A program made the translations under genes and the position numbers. The notes beneath the pieces are model-generated. The model saw only the letters and a program-made list of their open reading frames with translations, did not search any database and was not told the origin of the DNA. Below are positions 49,728 to 59,152 of a DNA stretch of 64,000 nucleotides, in pieces (within the stretch, counting starts at the first letter, position 1; each line of letters opens with the position of its first letter). Origin of the DNA: a virus; the IMG/VR virus record IMGVR_UViG_3300042691_040495, positions 1 through 64,000 of that record; one strand, 5' to 3'.

Positions 49728-50730
49728 AGAAGATGTGATCAAAAATTTTGGAGATGAAATAATACTATCTGGTAATGCTCTAGTAGATAAAAAAGTATTA
49801 ACTATTCCTGTGAGTCCAGCATTAGACATTGCTTTAAATGGTGGAATTCCAGAGGGAAGTTTCGTTGTTCTTACGGGTCAGCCAAAATGTGGTAAAACCA
49901 CAACATCATTAGCTTTTTCAGCAACGGCACAACAAAAAGAATACGCTCATGGATCATTCAAAGATGGTCGCCAAGTGTACTACCTTAACATTGAGGGTAG
50001 ATTGAAAAAGAGAGATCTAGAAGGAATTCCAGGATTGGATCTCTCTAGATTTCATGTTATAGGAAGTCAACAAGGTAAAATACTTCATGGCGAAGAATAT
50101 TTACAAATTGCTGAAAGAATTATTAATGAAGTCCCAGGATGCGTTCTGATCATAGACTCATATTCTGCATTATGTACAGAAGCTGAGATCACAAGTGATA
50201 TGGATAAAATGCAAAGAGCAGATGGTGCTAAACTATTAGCTAAATTTTGTCGCAAGGTAGCAAACGTTATACCTGTCAATAGAAATATTGTAATCGGTAT
50301 TACTCATCTTATGGGTAATCCAACAGGATATGGTGCAGAGTTTAAAGAAAAAAGCGGCCAAGCAATAGCATACCAGACTGATATCAAGCTCAGGGCGAAA
50401 ACATTTAAACCATGGGTGGTTGGGACCGATAATACTCAGATCGGGCAGGAAATCGAATGGCAAGTGGTCTGTTCGGCACTTGGACCACCAGGGGCAGTTA
50501 CAACCAGTTTCATCAGATACGGACAAGGTATTGACAAATGTACAGAATTGATCAATTTAGCTTCTGATGTTGGTATTATTAATAAAGGTGGCGCTTGGTA
50601 TACCATAACCGTTCTCGAAGATAAGCCAAAATTTCAAGGAACAGAAAAAGTAAGAAATTTTCTATTAGAGAATAAAGAAGCATACGAGTCTGTTGAAAAA
50701 TCCGTTAAAGAGGTTTTGGGAATAAAATGA
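49708..50730 (+). CDS. recA: RecA/UvsX-like recombinase
   Basis: LDIALNGGIP, GQPKCGKTT, IIDS, KGGAWY, KFQG. Confidence 0.93.
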   Translation: MMATTLKEDVIKNFGDEIILSGNALVDKKVLTIPVSPALDIALNGGIPEGSFVVLTGQPKCGKTTTSLAFSATAQQKEYAHGSFKDGRQVYYLNIEGRLKKRDLEGIPGLDLSRFHVIGSQQGKILHGEEYLQIAERIINEVPGCVLIIDSYSALCTEAEITSDMDKMQRADGAKLLAKFCRKVANVIPVNRNIVIGITHLMGNPTGYGAEFKEKSGQAIAYQTDIKLRAKTFKPWVVGTDNTQIGQEIEWQVVCSALGPPGAVTTSFIRYGQGIDKCTELINLASDVGIINKGGAWYTITVLEDKPKFQGTEKVRNFLLENKEAYESVEKSVKEVLGIK

Positions 50731-51146
50731 ATATTGTTGATTTGGATGGAAATAATATTAATTGGAGTTTAACTGGTCATATTTCAAAAGGCAGAATTAA
50801 TGATAAATCTTCTTTTCATTTGGCTGCTAGGAAACTGTTAATAGAAAGTTTTCCAACACTACAAATTTTAGAAGAAGTTCCTATTCCTCTTAGAAGATCA
50901 GAGACTTTATATCTTGACTTTTATTTACCTCTTATAAAGAGAGTAATAGAAGTTCATGGAGAACAACACTATAAATTTATTCCATTCTATCATAGTTCTA
51001 AAATGAATTTCTTAAAAGCGGTAAAAAGAGATAATGAAAAAAAAGAATGGTGCGAAAAGAATGGTATAACACACACTATATTACCTTATAATGAGTCAAT
51101 AGAAACATGGAGAAAAATATTAGCTTATGAGTACACGAACAGCTAA
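50727..51146 (+). CDS. Vsr/DUF559-like endonuclease
   Basis: LDFYLP, IEVHGEQH, RDNEKKEWC. Confidence 0.85.
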   Translation: MNIVDLDGNNINWSLTGHISKGRINDKSSFHLAARKLLIESFPTLQILEEVPIPLRRSETLYLDFYLPLIKRVIEVHGEQHYKFIPFYHSSKMNFLKAVKRDNEKKEWCEKNGITHTILPYNESIETWRKILAYEYTNS

Positions 51147-51624
51147 AGAAGATCTACAACATTGGGATAATATTCTGGATGAATATGAATCATCAATATC
51201 TTTACCTAAATACGCGGCCCAATACGGAGTGTCAGAAAGCGAAATTAACCAATACTTAACAATGACACGTGATGAAATAGAAAAAATTTCACCGGAGGAT
51301 TGTGCTCAAATATCTTACAGATTAGCTCAATTTGCATTTCATGTTCAAAGAACTATTAATAGAGAAATAGCCAGATTAAATTGGTCAGAAGAAACAATTA
51401 AAGAAACTATAGCAGATGAAATAAATAACTATAAGGGATACGGATTTGTAGAAAAATCTTTACAAGCGATAAAACATAATGACAAAGCATCGTCATTAAA
51501 TAATATAAAAAAGTATGCTAAACAAAGAATTGATAGATTATCATATATCGCTAATAGTATAAAAAATCTATCTGATATTATGATGGCTATCCAGAAAACA
51601 AAGGTGCAGCATGGATCCAAATGA
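51127..51624 (+). CDS. Helical protein, possible UvsY-like recombination mediator
   Basis: Coiled-coil character; located near recA. Confidence 0.45.
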   Translation: MSTRTAKEDLQHWDNILDEYESSISLPKYAAQYGVSESEINQYLTMTRDEIEKISPEDCAQISYRLAQFAFHVQRTINREIARLNWSEETIKETIADEINNYKGYGFVEKSLQAIKHNDKASSLNNIKKYAKQRIDRLSYIANSIKNLSDIMMAIQKTKVQHGSK

Positions 51625-52054
51625 CCTATTAAAAGACCCTGAACAACTTAAGAGTTTAATTTCTTTATTGCAAGGACTCGTGGACCAAGTATCCGCAGAT
51701 GATACACCCAAAGAAAAACCTCAAAATAAGAACGTGGCCCCTTCAAAACCATCGTCTACTATAAAGACGAAGGGTCGTCAAAAAGTAGGTGGCAACAATA
51801 ATATAAAGTCAAAAAAGACACAGCCAGAAAATATCAACGAGTTTGAAAAAATGGCTGAGTTTAGAATGCATAAGGATGATTGTGCAATAGATAAAAAACT
51901 ATGCTCAAATCCACCAGTAGCACGAATGAGAGATTTTGAGTTTGTTGATGTTACTTGCAGAGTTTGTGGCAAAAAAGAATCTATAGCCCCATCTCTGCTA
52001 TTTGATACTCCTTCACGATACAAGTGTAATAATTGCTCAACCCAATCTGGTTAA
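51611..52054 (+). CDS. Protein with C-terminal zinc ribbon
   Basis: CRVC...CNNC. Confidence 0.7.
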   Translation: MDPNDLLKDPEQLKSLISLLQGLVDQVSADDTPKEKPQNKNVAPSKPSSTIKTKGRQKVGGNNNIKSKKTQPENINEFEKMAEFRMHKDDCAIDKKLCSNPPVARMRDFEFVDVTCRVCGKKESIAPSLLFDTPSRYKCNNCSTQSG

Positions 52055-52057
52055 AAT

Positions 52058-53527
52058 ATGATTTTGTGTGATCCATCAGCCGAAAGAGCTGTTCTTAGTG
52101 GTATATTAAAATACGGTGAAGATGCATACTTGGATATTGCTGATATCTTACAAGAATCATCATTCACAATAGATAGTAATCAAATAATATTCAAGTGTTT
52201 AAAAAATATTTGTGAAAAAGAACCAAAACCCAATATTGATTTGGCGTCAGTTTATTCGTCAGCACAAGAATTAGACTTATCAAACATACTATCAAAAAAA
52301 GAAGAAGCTCAACATTTAAGAGCCATCTTTGATTTTCCTGTTAATCTGGAAAATATTAGAAAATTTGCTTCAAAAATAAAGAAACTTGAAATAGCCAGAC
52401 TCCTACACAAAGAGATGGATCAGGTTCAGGAAAGGTTACTTGATGTAACTGGAAGCGAATCTATATCTAATATTATAGGAATAGCCGAAGAATCCATATT
52501 TAATTTTTCCTCATCATTATCTAACGATAGCGATGCTGCACCAGCCTTTATAGCTAACGATATTGATAATTATATCGAATTTCTACAATCTAATAAGGTT
52601 GATCAAATAGGAATATCAACTGGCTTTCCTGTTTATGATCAGGCTATCGGTGGAGGATTAAGAAAAGGAACCGTTAATGTTATTGCTGCTCGACCAAAAG
52701 TTGGTAAAACCCTGTTATCAGATAACATGGGATATTATATAGCTAGTAAACTAAAAATACCAGTTTTGAATATGGACACAGAAATGACTAGAGAAGATCA
52801 TGTTCATAGGATTCTTGCCATGTCATCTGAAATTGAGATCAATAAGATTGAAACTGGAAAATTTTCAGAAACCCCAAGCTCTTTTTCTAAAATACAAGCA
52901 GCAATTAAAGAACTAAAAGAAAGTCGTCTTTATCATAAAAGTATTGCTGGTAAACCATTCGAAGAACAACTATCTATAATGAGAAGATGGTTGGTCAAAG
53001 AGGTTGGACTTAACGATGATGGTACGGCAAAAGACTGTGTTATAATATATGACTATCTAAAACTGATGGATAGTACAGGTATCAGTCAGGACATGAAAGA
53101 ATACCAAGTACTAGGCTTTATGATGACAGCATTGCATAATTTTGCAATACAATATAAAGTACCAATTCTATCTTTTATTCAATTAAATAGAGACGGAATA
53201 ACTAAAGAAAGCACAGACACCGCAAGCGGATCAGATCGTATTATATGGTTATGCAGCAACTTCACCATCTTCAAAAGAAAAAGCGACGAAGAGATTGCGG
53301 AAGATGGACAGGATGCTGGTAATAGAAAATTAGTACCACTAATTAGTCGCCATGGAGGAGGACTAGACGATAATGATTATATAAACTGCCACATGAAGGG
53401 ATGGTGTGCAAAAATAACAGAAGGTAAGACAAGATTAGAATTAATGAGCGGATCTAATAAGCAAAAGGACGGATTTATAGTCGATGAAAACAACGATGAA
53501 GAAGCAGAAGAAATACCATTCATATGA
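52058..53527 (+). CDS. dnaB: Replicative DNA helicase
   Basis: AERAVL, ARPKVGKT, TEM, DYLKL, QLNR. Confidence 0.95.
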   Translation: MILCDPSAERAVLSGILKYGEDAYLDIADILQESSFTIDSNQIIFKCLKNICEKEPKPNIDLASVYSSAQELDLSNILSKKEEAQHLRAIFDFPVNLENIRKFASKIKKLEIARLLHKEMDQVQERLLDVTGSESISNIIGIAEESIFNFSSSLSNDSDAAPAFIANDIDNYIEFLQSNKVDQIGISTGFPVYDQAIGGGLRKGTVNVIAARPKVGKTLLSDNMGYYIASKLKIPVLNMDTEMTREDHVHRILAMSSEIEINKIETGKFSETPSSFSKIQAAIKELKESRLYHKSIAGKPFEEQLSIMRRWLVKEVGLNDDGTAKDCVIIYDYLKLMDSTGISQDMKEYQVLGFMMTALHNFAIQYKVPILSFIQLNRDGITKESTDTASGSDRIIWLCSNFTIFKRKSDEEIAEDGQDAGNRKLVPLISRHGGGLDDNDYINCHMKGWCAKITEGKTRLELMSGSNKQKDGFIVDENNDEEAEEIPFI

Positions 53528-54647
53528 TCAATATCAGTTAAAGCATTTATCTGATTTGGTTTGTGACGATATAGAAAATTTACTCATATCATTAGGTATA
53601 GACTCCTATAAGATATTGGATAAAATGGTAACCATGAGTTGTCCAATTCATGGAGGAGACAATGACTCTGCATTTAATCTATATCATCAAGGAGATTCTT
53701 ATAGAGGTAATTGGAAATGCAGAACACACCAATGTGAAAATGTTTTCAAATCATCCATCATAGGTTTTATTAGAGGATGCTTATCTAGTCAGCAAGGCTG
53801 GACAAAATCCGGTGATGACATGATCTCATTTAATGAGGCTCTAAAATTTGCTATAGATTTTGCAAATCATGATCCATCTGATCATAAACAAACAAGAAAA
53901 GCAAAAGAGAAAAATAATTTCATCAATGCTATTAAAAACATTGCACCAGAACAAAATAAACCACAACTTGTATCTAGATCTTTGGTTATTAAATCTTTGA
54001 ATATACCATCAAAATATTTTATGGACAGAGGATTCTCTAAAGACATATTAATCAAGTATGACGTCGGAGACTGTATAGGACAAGGTAAAGAAATGAGTAA
54101 TCGCGCTGTTGTACCAGTTTATGATAATGATATGAATGGAATGGCAGGATGCACAGGGCGAACAATTTTTGGAAAATGTAATAAATGTTCATCTTTCCAT
54201 AATATTAATCAAGAATGTCCCAGTGATAGAGATAAGTGGCTAAACTCTAAATGGAGACACAACAAAAATTTTAAAACACAAGAACATCTATATAATTATT
54301 GGTTTGCTAAAAAATTCATTCTAGAAACAAAAACCGTAATCATAGTTGAGAGTCCGGGAAATGTATGGAGACTAGAGGAGTCTGGTATTCATAATTCAGT
54401 AGCAATTTTCGGTTCTTCAATGAGCCATAAACAAAAAATGATTCTGGATGCTTCTGGAGCAATGAATATAATAACTATCATGGATAGCGATAATGCTGGT
54501 CAAGAAGCGGCAAAACAAATAGAGATCAAATGTGGTAGAACTTACAATATTAAAAACATAAAACTGTCATATAACGATGTTGCAGATATGACTGCAGAGC
54601 AAATTAAACTCGAAATAGTTCCCCAAATACAGGATTATTTATGCTAA
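53484..54647 (+). CDS. dnaG: DNA primase
   Basis: CPIH...WKCRTHQC zinc domain; TOPRIM IVES and MDSDNAG. Confidence 0.9.
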   Translation: MKTTMKKQKKYHSYDQYQLKHLSDLVCDDIENLLISLGIDSYKILDKMVTMSCPIHGGDNDSAFNLYHQGDSYRGNWKCRTHQCENVFKSSIIGFIRGCLSSQQGWTKSGDDMISFNEALKFAIDFANHDPSDHKQTRKAKEKNNFINAIKNIAPEQNKPQLVSRSLVIKSLNIPSKYFMDRGFSKDILIKYDVGDCIGQGKEMSNRAVVPVYDNDMNGMAGCTGRTIFGKCNKCSSFHNINQECPSDRDKWLNSKWRHNKNFKTQEHLYNYWFAKKFILETKTVIIVESPGNVWRLEESGIHNSVAIFGSSMSHKQKMILDASGAMNIITIMDSDNAGQEAAKQIEIKCGRTYNIKNIKLSYNDVADMTAEQIKLEIVPQIQDYLC

Positions 54648-55372
54648 TATTAGGAATATCTGGACGAAAACAATCTGGAAAAAGTACGATAGGTAATTTT
54701 ATTCTATCTTTATATTTAGCTAAATTAAACTATTGTGAAAAAATATACATGGATGAAGATGGTCAATTGTTGATATCTGATATTCTTGGAGATACTAGAT
54801 TTGAAGGAATATTTAATCCTAGAAAAATGATGGAAGAATATAATGATCCAAGACTAGAACAAGCAATCAATAAATTGAATTCAAAAATTAAAGTATACAA
54901 TTTTGCAGATATACTTAAAACCGATATATGCATCAATATTCTTGGCTTAACATATGATCAATGTTATGGTTCTGATACTAATAAAAATGAAATGACAAAT
55001 ATAGTATGGGAAGATAAAAAATTATCAGCCAGAGACGTTATGCAAATTGTTGGTACAGATATTTTTAGAAAATTAGATACGAACGTATGGGTAAGAGCAA
55101 CAATCAATAAGATAATAAGAGAGAAACCAGATCTTGCCGTAATAACAGACTGTAGATTTCCGAATGAAATTGATTGTATAAAAAATAGTGGTGGAAAAGT
55201 TATTAGGTTGACAAGAAATCCATTTGAGTCGGATCATCTAAGCGAAACGGTATTAGATAAAGATAATTATGATTGGACTAATTTTGATTATGTGCTAGAC
55301 AATTCGGACATTTCTTTATTAGATCAATTTACACAAGTTAAAAAACTATTAGAGGAGATACTCCCATTATAA
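54641..55372 (+). CDS. Deoxynucleoside monophosphate kinase
   Basis: GRKQSGKST, FADILK, RDVMQIVGTD, DCRFPNE. Confidence 0.9.
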   Translation: MLILGISGRKQSGKSTIGNFILSLYLAKLNYCEKIYMDEDGQLLISDILGDTRFEGIFNPRKMMEEYNDPRLEQAINKLNSKIKVYNFADILKTDICINILGLTYDQCYGSDTNKNEMTNIVWEDKKLSARDVMQIVGTDIFRKLDTNVWVRATINKIIREKPDLAVITDCRFPNEIDCIKNSGGKVIRLTRNPFESDHLSETVLDKDNYDWTNFDYVLDNSDISLLDQFTQVKKLLEEILPL

Positions 55373-56409
55373 TTACATATTTTAGAAGCTCCTCATATAA
55401 TACGCATAATATGTGTGAACAGCAGTATTTTTCAGAATACGTTCTAGGGTGGCGAGGGTTGAGCGGACAAAAGGCAGACAAAGGAACAATCTGTCACAAA
55501 GTTCTTGAAATTTTGGCAGTTATGAAAAAAGCAGAGCAGGATGGCCAGAGTACTATTAATGATGATTTGATTGGGGAATTAGATATTAATAATTATAATC
55601 TGGATATTATAATAGAAAAAGTATACTCATATTATACCCTTAATGCACAACATCATAAGTGGTCACCAAAAGACCATAAAGACTGTAAAAGCTGGGTTTA
55701 TAAAGCGATAGAATTTAATAATGGGATGTTTGATCCTAGGAATAGGAATATTTTATGTCCAGAACAGCATTTTGATTTTGAGATTAAAAAACCATGGGCC
55801 AAATATAATTACGATATTGGTAATGGTGAAAAATTAGAAGGTAATTTAGCATTAAAAGGCACCATAGATCTTATAACACTTGTTAATGACTCTACAATTG
55901 AAATAATAGATTGGAAAACCGGTCGTAGGCTAGATTGGGCTACAGGAGAAGAAAAAACCCAAGAAAAATTAGAAAAAGATCCACAATTAAAAATATACCA
56001 TTATGCTATTAAACATTTATATCCTCATATTGAAAATATAATTTTTTCTATCTATTTCATCAATGATGGTGGTCCGTTTTCTATTTGTTTCCATGATTCA
56101 GATTTAAAATCGACCGAAGATATGTTAAGACAAAAATTTGAAGCAATTAAAAGTACAAAAAAACCTAGATTAAATAAAAGCTGGATGTGTAGTAAATTGT
56201 GTCACTTTGGCAAAACAACATTTGAGGGAACTCATATTCAACCAATAGAAGAATATAGGGACGGTCAGGTATGTAGAGTTGGTCAAACGATGACAAAGTG
56301 CGAGCAAATAAAACATGATCTTGATCTTTATGGTATCGACACTACAATGGGTTTGTACAAGAACAAGAATCATTCCTTTGGAAGTTACAAAGCTCCTGGA
56401 TCACTATGA
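55366..56409 (+). CDS. PD-(D/E)XK exonuclease (AddB/Cas4-like)
   Basis: GTICH, EQHF, GTIDL, IIDWKTG, QLKIY; Cys residues at both ends. Start may be ATT 55366; first ATG is 55411. Confidence 0.88.
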   Translation: MIITYFRSSSYNTHNMCEQQYFSEYVLGWRGLSGQKADKGTICHKVLEILAVMKKAEQDGQSTINDDLIGELDINNYNLDIIIEKVYSYYTLNAQHHKWSPKDHKDCKSWVYKAIEFNNGMFDPRNRNILCPEQHFDFEIKKPWAKYNYDIGNGEKLEGNLALKGTIDLITLVNDSTIEIIDWKTGRRLDWATGEEKTQEKLEKDPQLKIYHYAIKHLYPHIENIIFSIYFINDGGPFSICFHDSDLKSTEDMLRQKFEAIKSTKKPRLNKSWMCSKLCHFGKTTFEGTHIQPIEEYRDGQVCRVGQTMTKCEQIKHDLDLYGIDTTMGLYKNKNHSFGSYKAPGSL

Positions 56410-58274
56410 CAAAAACATATTCTGTGCTTCATGCTCACTCCCACTATAGTCTTTTGGATGGGATTAGTAAGCCTTATCAAATAGCCGATAGGTGCTATAA
56501 TACCGGTATTAAGACCTGTGCTATCACTGATCACGGGACAATATCAGGATGCGTACAATTTTATCAAGCCTTAAAAGCCAAAAAAATAAAACCCATACTG
56601 GGTTGCGAATTATATATCTCTAATAGAGACTCACATATTAAAGAAAAAGACAACAATAATCTGAGTCACTTTCTGGTTCTTGCTAAAAATTTAGCTGGTT
56701 GGAAAACATTGGTTAAAATTATATCAGAAACAAACAGAGTTGAAAATTTCTATCATAAGCCAAGAATTAGTTTCGACAGACTTGCACCAATGTTAGATGG
56801 TAATATCATCGGATTTTGCGGCCATCTTGGTTCTACACTTTCTGATATAGTAGAAGAAAATAGTTCAGACTATATTAGCAAATCTTTGTCATTCATTTCG
56901 CACATGAAAGAAATCTTTGGCGAAAACAATTTCTTTCTAGAAGCTCAGTTGATGGATCAAGAATTTAATCCCAAACAAAAAGACATGACCGATATTATGA
57001 GATCTTTGGGAATAAAAAGTCAAACAAAAGTTATAGCAACTCCAGATGCTCATTATTGTGAAAAGAAAGATGCGATTGATCAAAGAATTCTATTGTGCAA
57101 CAATTTAAAAACAACGCTTATTGACATAAATAAAAAACTGCTATCCAATGAGGACGTGCCAATGAGTTGTTTTTTCAAATCAGACAATTTTCATATACCA
57201 GATCCAGAAGAGATGATATCTTGGCACACAGCAGAAGAAATAGAAAATACACAATATATTGACTCATTATGTGAAGAATATTCTATATTAAGCAAACCGC
57301 TACTTCCTGCTTTTAAATGTCCTAATGGCGACAATCCAGACGAATATTTAAGACAACTATGCAGAAATGGTTGGAGACAAAAGGTTATAAATCATATTCC
57401 AGAATCAGAGCATGAAAAATATGCTGACAGAATTAAATTTGAGTTGAGCATTTTACAGGGTGCTGGTTTATCCAGTTACTTTTTAATAGTTCAAGATATA
57501 GTAAACTATGTAAAGGAGAGCGGATGGCTTCCTGGTCCCGGCAGAGGAAGTGCTGCTGGATGCTTAGTATCGTACCTTATCGGAATAACAGATATTAATC
57601 CAATAAAATATAATTTGCTATTTGAAAGATTCTATAATGAAGGTAGAAATACAGCAGATCATATATCTATGCCAGATATCGATGTTGACGTTCCTATTAA
57701 CAAAAGAGAAAATATTATCGAATACATAAAAAATAAATATGGTTCTGATAAAGTATCTCAGATGATAACATTTAATACAATGAAAGGTCGAGGAGCATTA
57801 AAAGAAGTACTAAGAGTTTATGACAATATTAGTTTTGAAGAAATGAATAGAATAACTAAATTTATACCAGATGAAGCAAAAATTGCAGACGAACTTCAAG
57901 AGATGAAAGAAGATACAGGTGAGGCATCTATTATTAGATGGGCTTTAGAAAACAATGTTGACAAACTCAAAGAATGGTGCTATATTAGTGAGGATGGCTC
58001 CCTGTCCGGTCCTCTTGCTAAGAGATTTGAGCAGGCAATCAGGCTTGAGGGAACTAAATCTAATCAATCAAAACATGCGGCTGGTGTAGTTATTAGTAGT
58101 GAAAATCTAAGTTCTGTATGTCCTATGGTATATGATTCAAAAAACAAACAATCAATAGCAGGGATGGAAATGCAAGACTTAGAAGGTTTGGGGTTAATCA
58201 AATTTGATATTCTTGGTGTTGCTATGCTTGATAAAATAATGACTATATCAGACATTCTATCTAAAGGAGAATAA
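56406..58274 (+). CDS. dnaE: DNA polymerase III alpha, N-terminal part (PHP + palm + thumb)
   Basis: HAHSHYSLLDG, TDHG, DAHY, GRGSAAG, FERF, PDIDVD, HAAG, KFDILG. Confidence 0.96.
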   Translation: MTKTYSVLHAHSHYSLLDGISKPYQIADRCYNTGIKTCAITDHGTISGCVQFYQALKAKKIKPILGCELYISNRDSHIKEKDNNNLSHFLVLAKNLAGWKTLVKIISETNRVENFYHKPRISFDRLAPMLDGNIIGFCGHLGSTLSDIVEENSSDYISKSLSFISHMKEIFGENNFFLEAQLMDQEFNPKQKDMTDIMRSLGIKSQTKVIATPDAHYCEKKDAIDQRILLCNNLKTTLIDINKKLLSNEDVPMSCFFKSDNFHIPDPEEMISWHTAEEIENTQYIDSLCEEYSILSKPLLPAFKCPNGDNPDEYLRQLCRNGWRQKVINHIPESEHEKYADRIKFELSILQGAGLSSYFLIVQDIVNYVKESGWLPGPGRGSAAGCLVSYLIGITDINPIKYNLLFERFYNEGRNTADHISMPDIDVDVPINKRENIIEYIKNKYGSDKVSQMITFNTMKGRGALKEVLRVYDNISFEEMNRITKFIPDEAKIADELQEMKEDTGEASIIRWALENNVDKLKEWCYISEDGSLSGPLAKRFEQAIRLEGTKSNQSKHAAGVVISSENLSSVCPMVYDSKNKQSIAGMEMQDLEGLGLIKFDILGVAMLDKIMTISDILSKGE

Positions 58275-58275
58275 A

Positions 58276-58455
58276 ATGAAAAAACAGTTTCATGAATTGG
58301 CTGTTGGTCAAAAGTTTACAGTTAATGGCGTAGAATATATTAAAACAGACGAGGTTAGAATTAGTTGTTGCAAAAGTATCAATTGCTATGCTTCAGCCGA
58401 TGCTAATCAAAAAGGACATTTTCCAGGAAATACAGAAGTAACAGTAGATGGCTAA
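58276..58455 (+). CDS. 59-aa Cys-containing protein (not in ORF track)
   Basis: AAGGAG RBS; MKKQFHELAVGQKF...ISCCKSINC...TVDG; fills the gap between dnaE-N and the exonuclease. Confidence 0.7.
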   Translation: MKKQFHELAVGQKFTVNGVEYIKTDEVRISCCKSINCYASADANQKGHFPGNTEVTVDG

Positions 58456-59146
58456 TATACAAAAAATTTGCGTTTTTGATTTAGAAACGGACGGAGCAAA
58501 CCCTGACCTCTGCAGTCCAGTTCAGATTGCAGCGGTCATGGTTGATCCGATGAAGTTAGAAATCATAGAAGATTCAGAGTTTAATATAACGGTTAAACCT
58601 CTTATATTAGAAGAAAAGCCCGACTATTCATACGCCGACTCTGACGTACTAGACTTTCATGCTAAAGTTAGAGGAAGTACAAAAGATAAAATATTAGAGT
58701 CTTGGAAAGAATACCAAAAACAAGAACATGGTTGGAATATGTTTATCTCATACCTAGAGATGTATCATATTCGATCAAATAGTAAAAAATCTTGTTTTAG
58801 TGCTCCAATAGCAGCAGGATATAACATTAATAGATTTGATCTCAGAATAATAGAACGTCTAAGTCAAAAGTATAACAATCTGAACAAAGAAGGACGCTCT
58901 TCATTATTTTATCCAAGAGATGTAATCGATATTATGAATCTTGTATTCTACTGGTTCGAAGGCAATAATGAACTGAAAAATTATACATTAGATAATCTAA
59001 GAGACTATCTTGGTATAGATAAAGAGGGGTCTCACGATGCTCTTAAGGATGTTAAGGATACAGCTAATATATTAATTAGATTTCTTAAACTACATAGAAA
59101 TCTATCAAATAAAATTAAATTTAAATCATCATTTATTGGAACATAA
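58448..59146 (+). CDS. dnaQ: DEDDh 3'-5' exonuclease (DnaQ/epsilon-like)
   Basis: VFDLETDG, GYNINRFD, SHDALKD. Confidence 0.92.
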   Translation: MANIQKICVFDLETDGANPDLCSPVQIAAVMVDPMKLEIIEDSEFNITVKPLILEEKPDYSYADSDVLDFHAKVRGSTKDKILESWKEYQKQEHGWNMFISYLEMYHIRSNSKKSCFSAPIAAGYNINRFDLRIIERLSQKYNNLNKEGRSSLFYPRDVIDIMNLVFYWFEGNNELKNYTLDNLRDYLGIDKEGSHDALKDVKDTANILIRFLKLHRNLSNKIKFKSSFIGT

Positions 59147-59152
59147 TTTATA

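Noticed and set aside
55366-56409. Cas4 as part of a CRISPR system
   Set aside because: No array or other cas genes are present; the context is replication.
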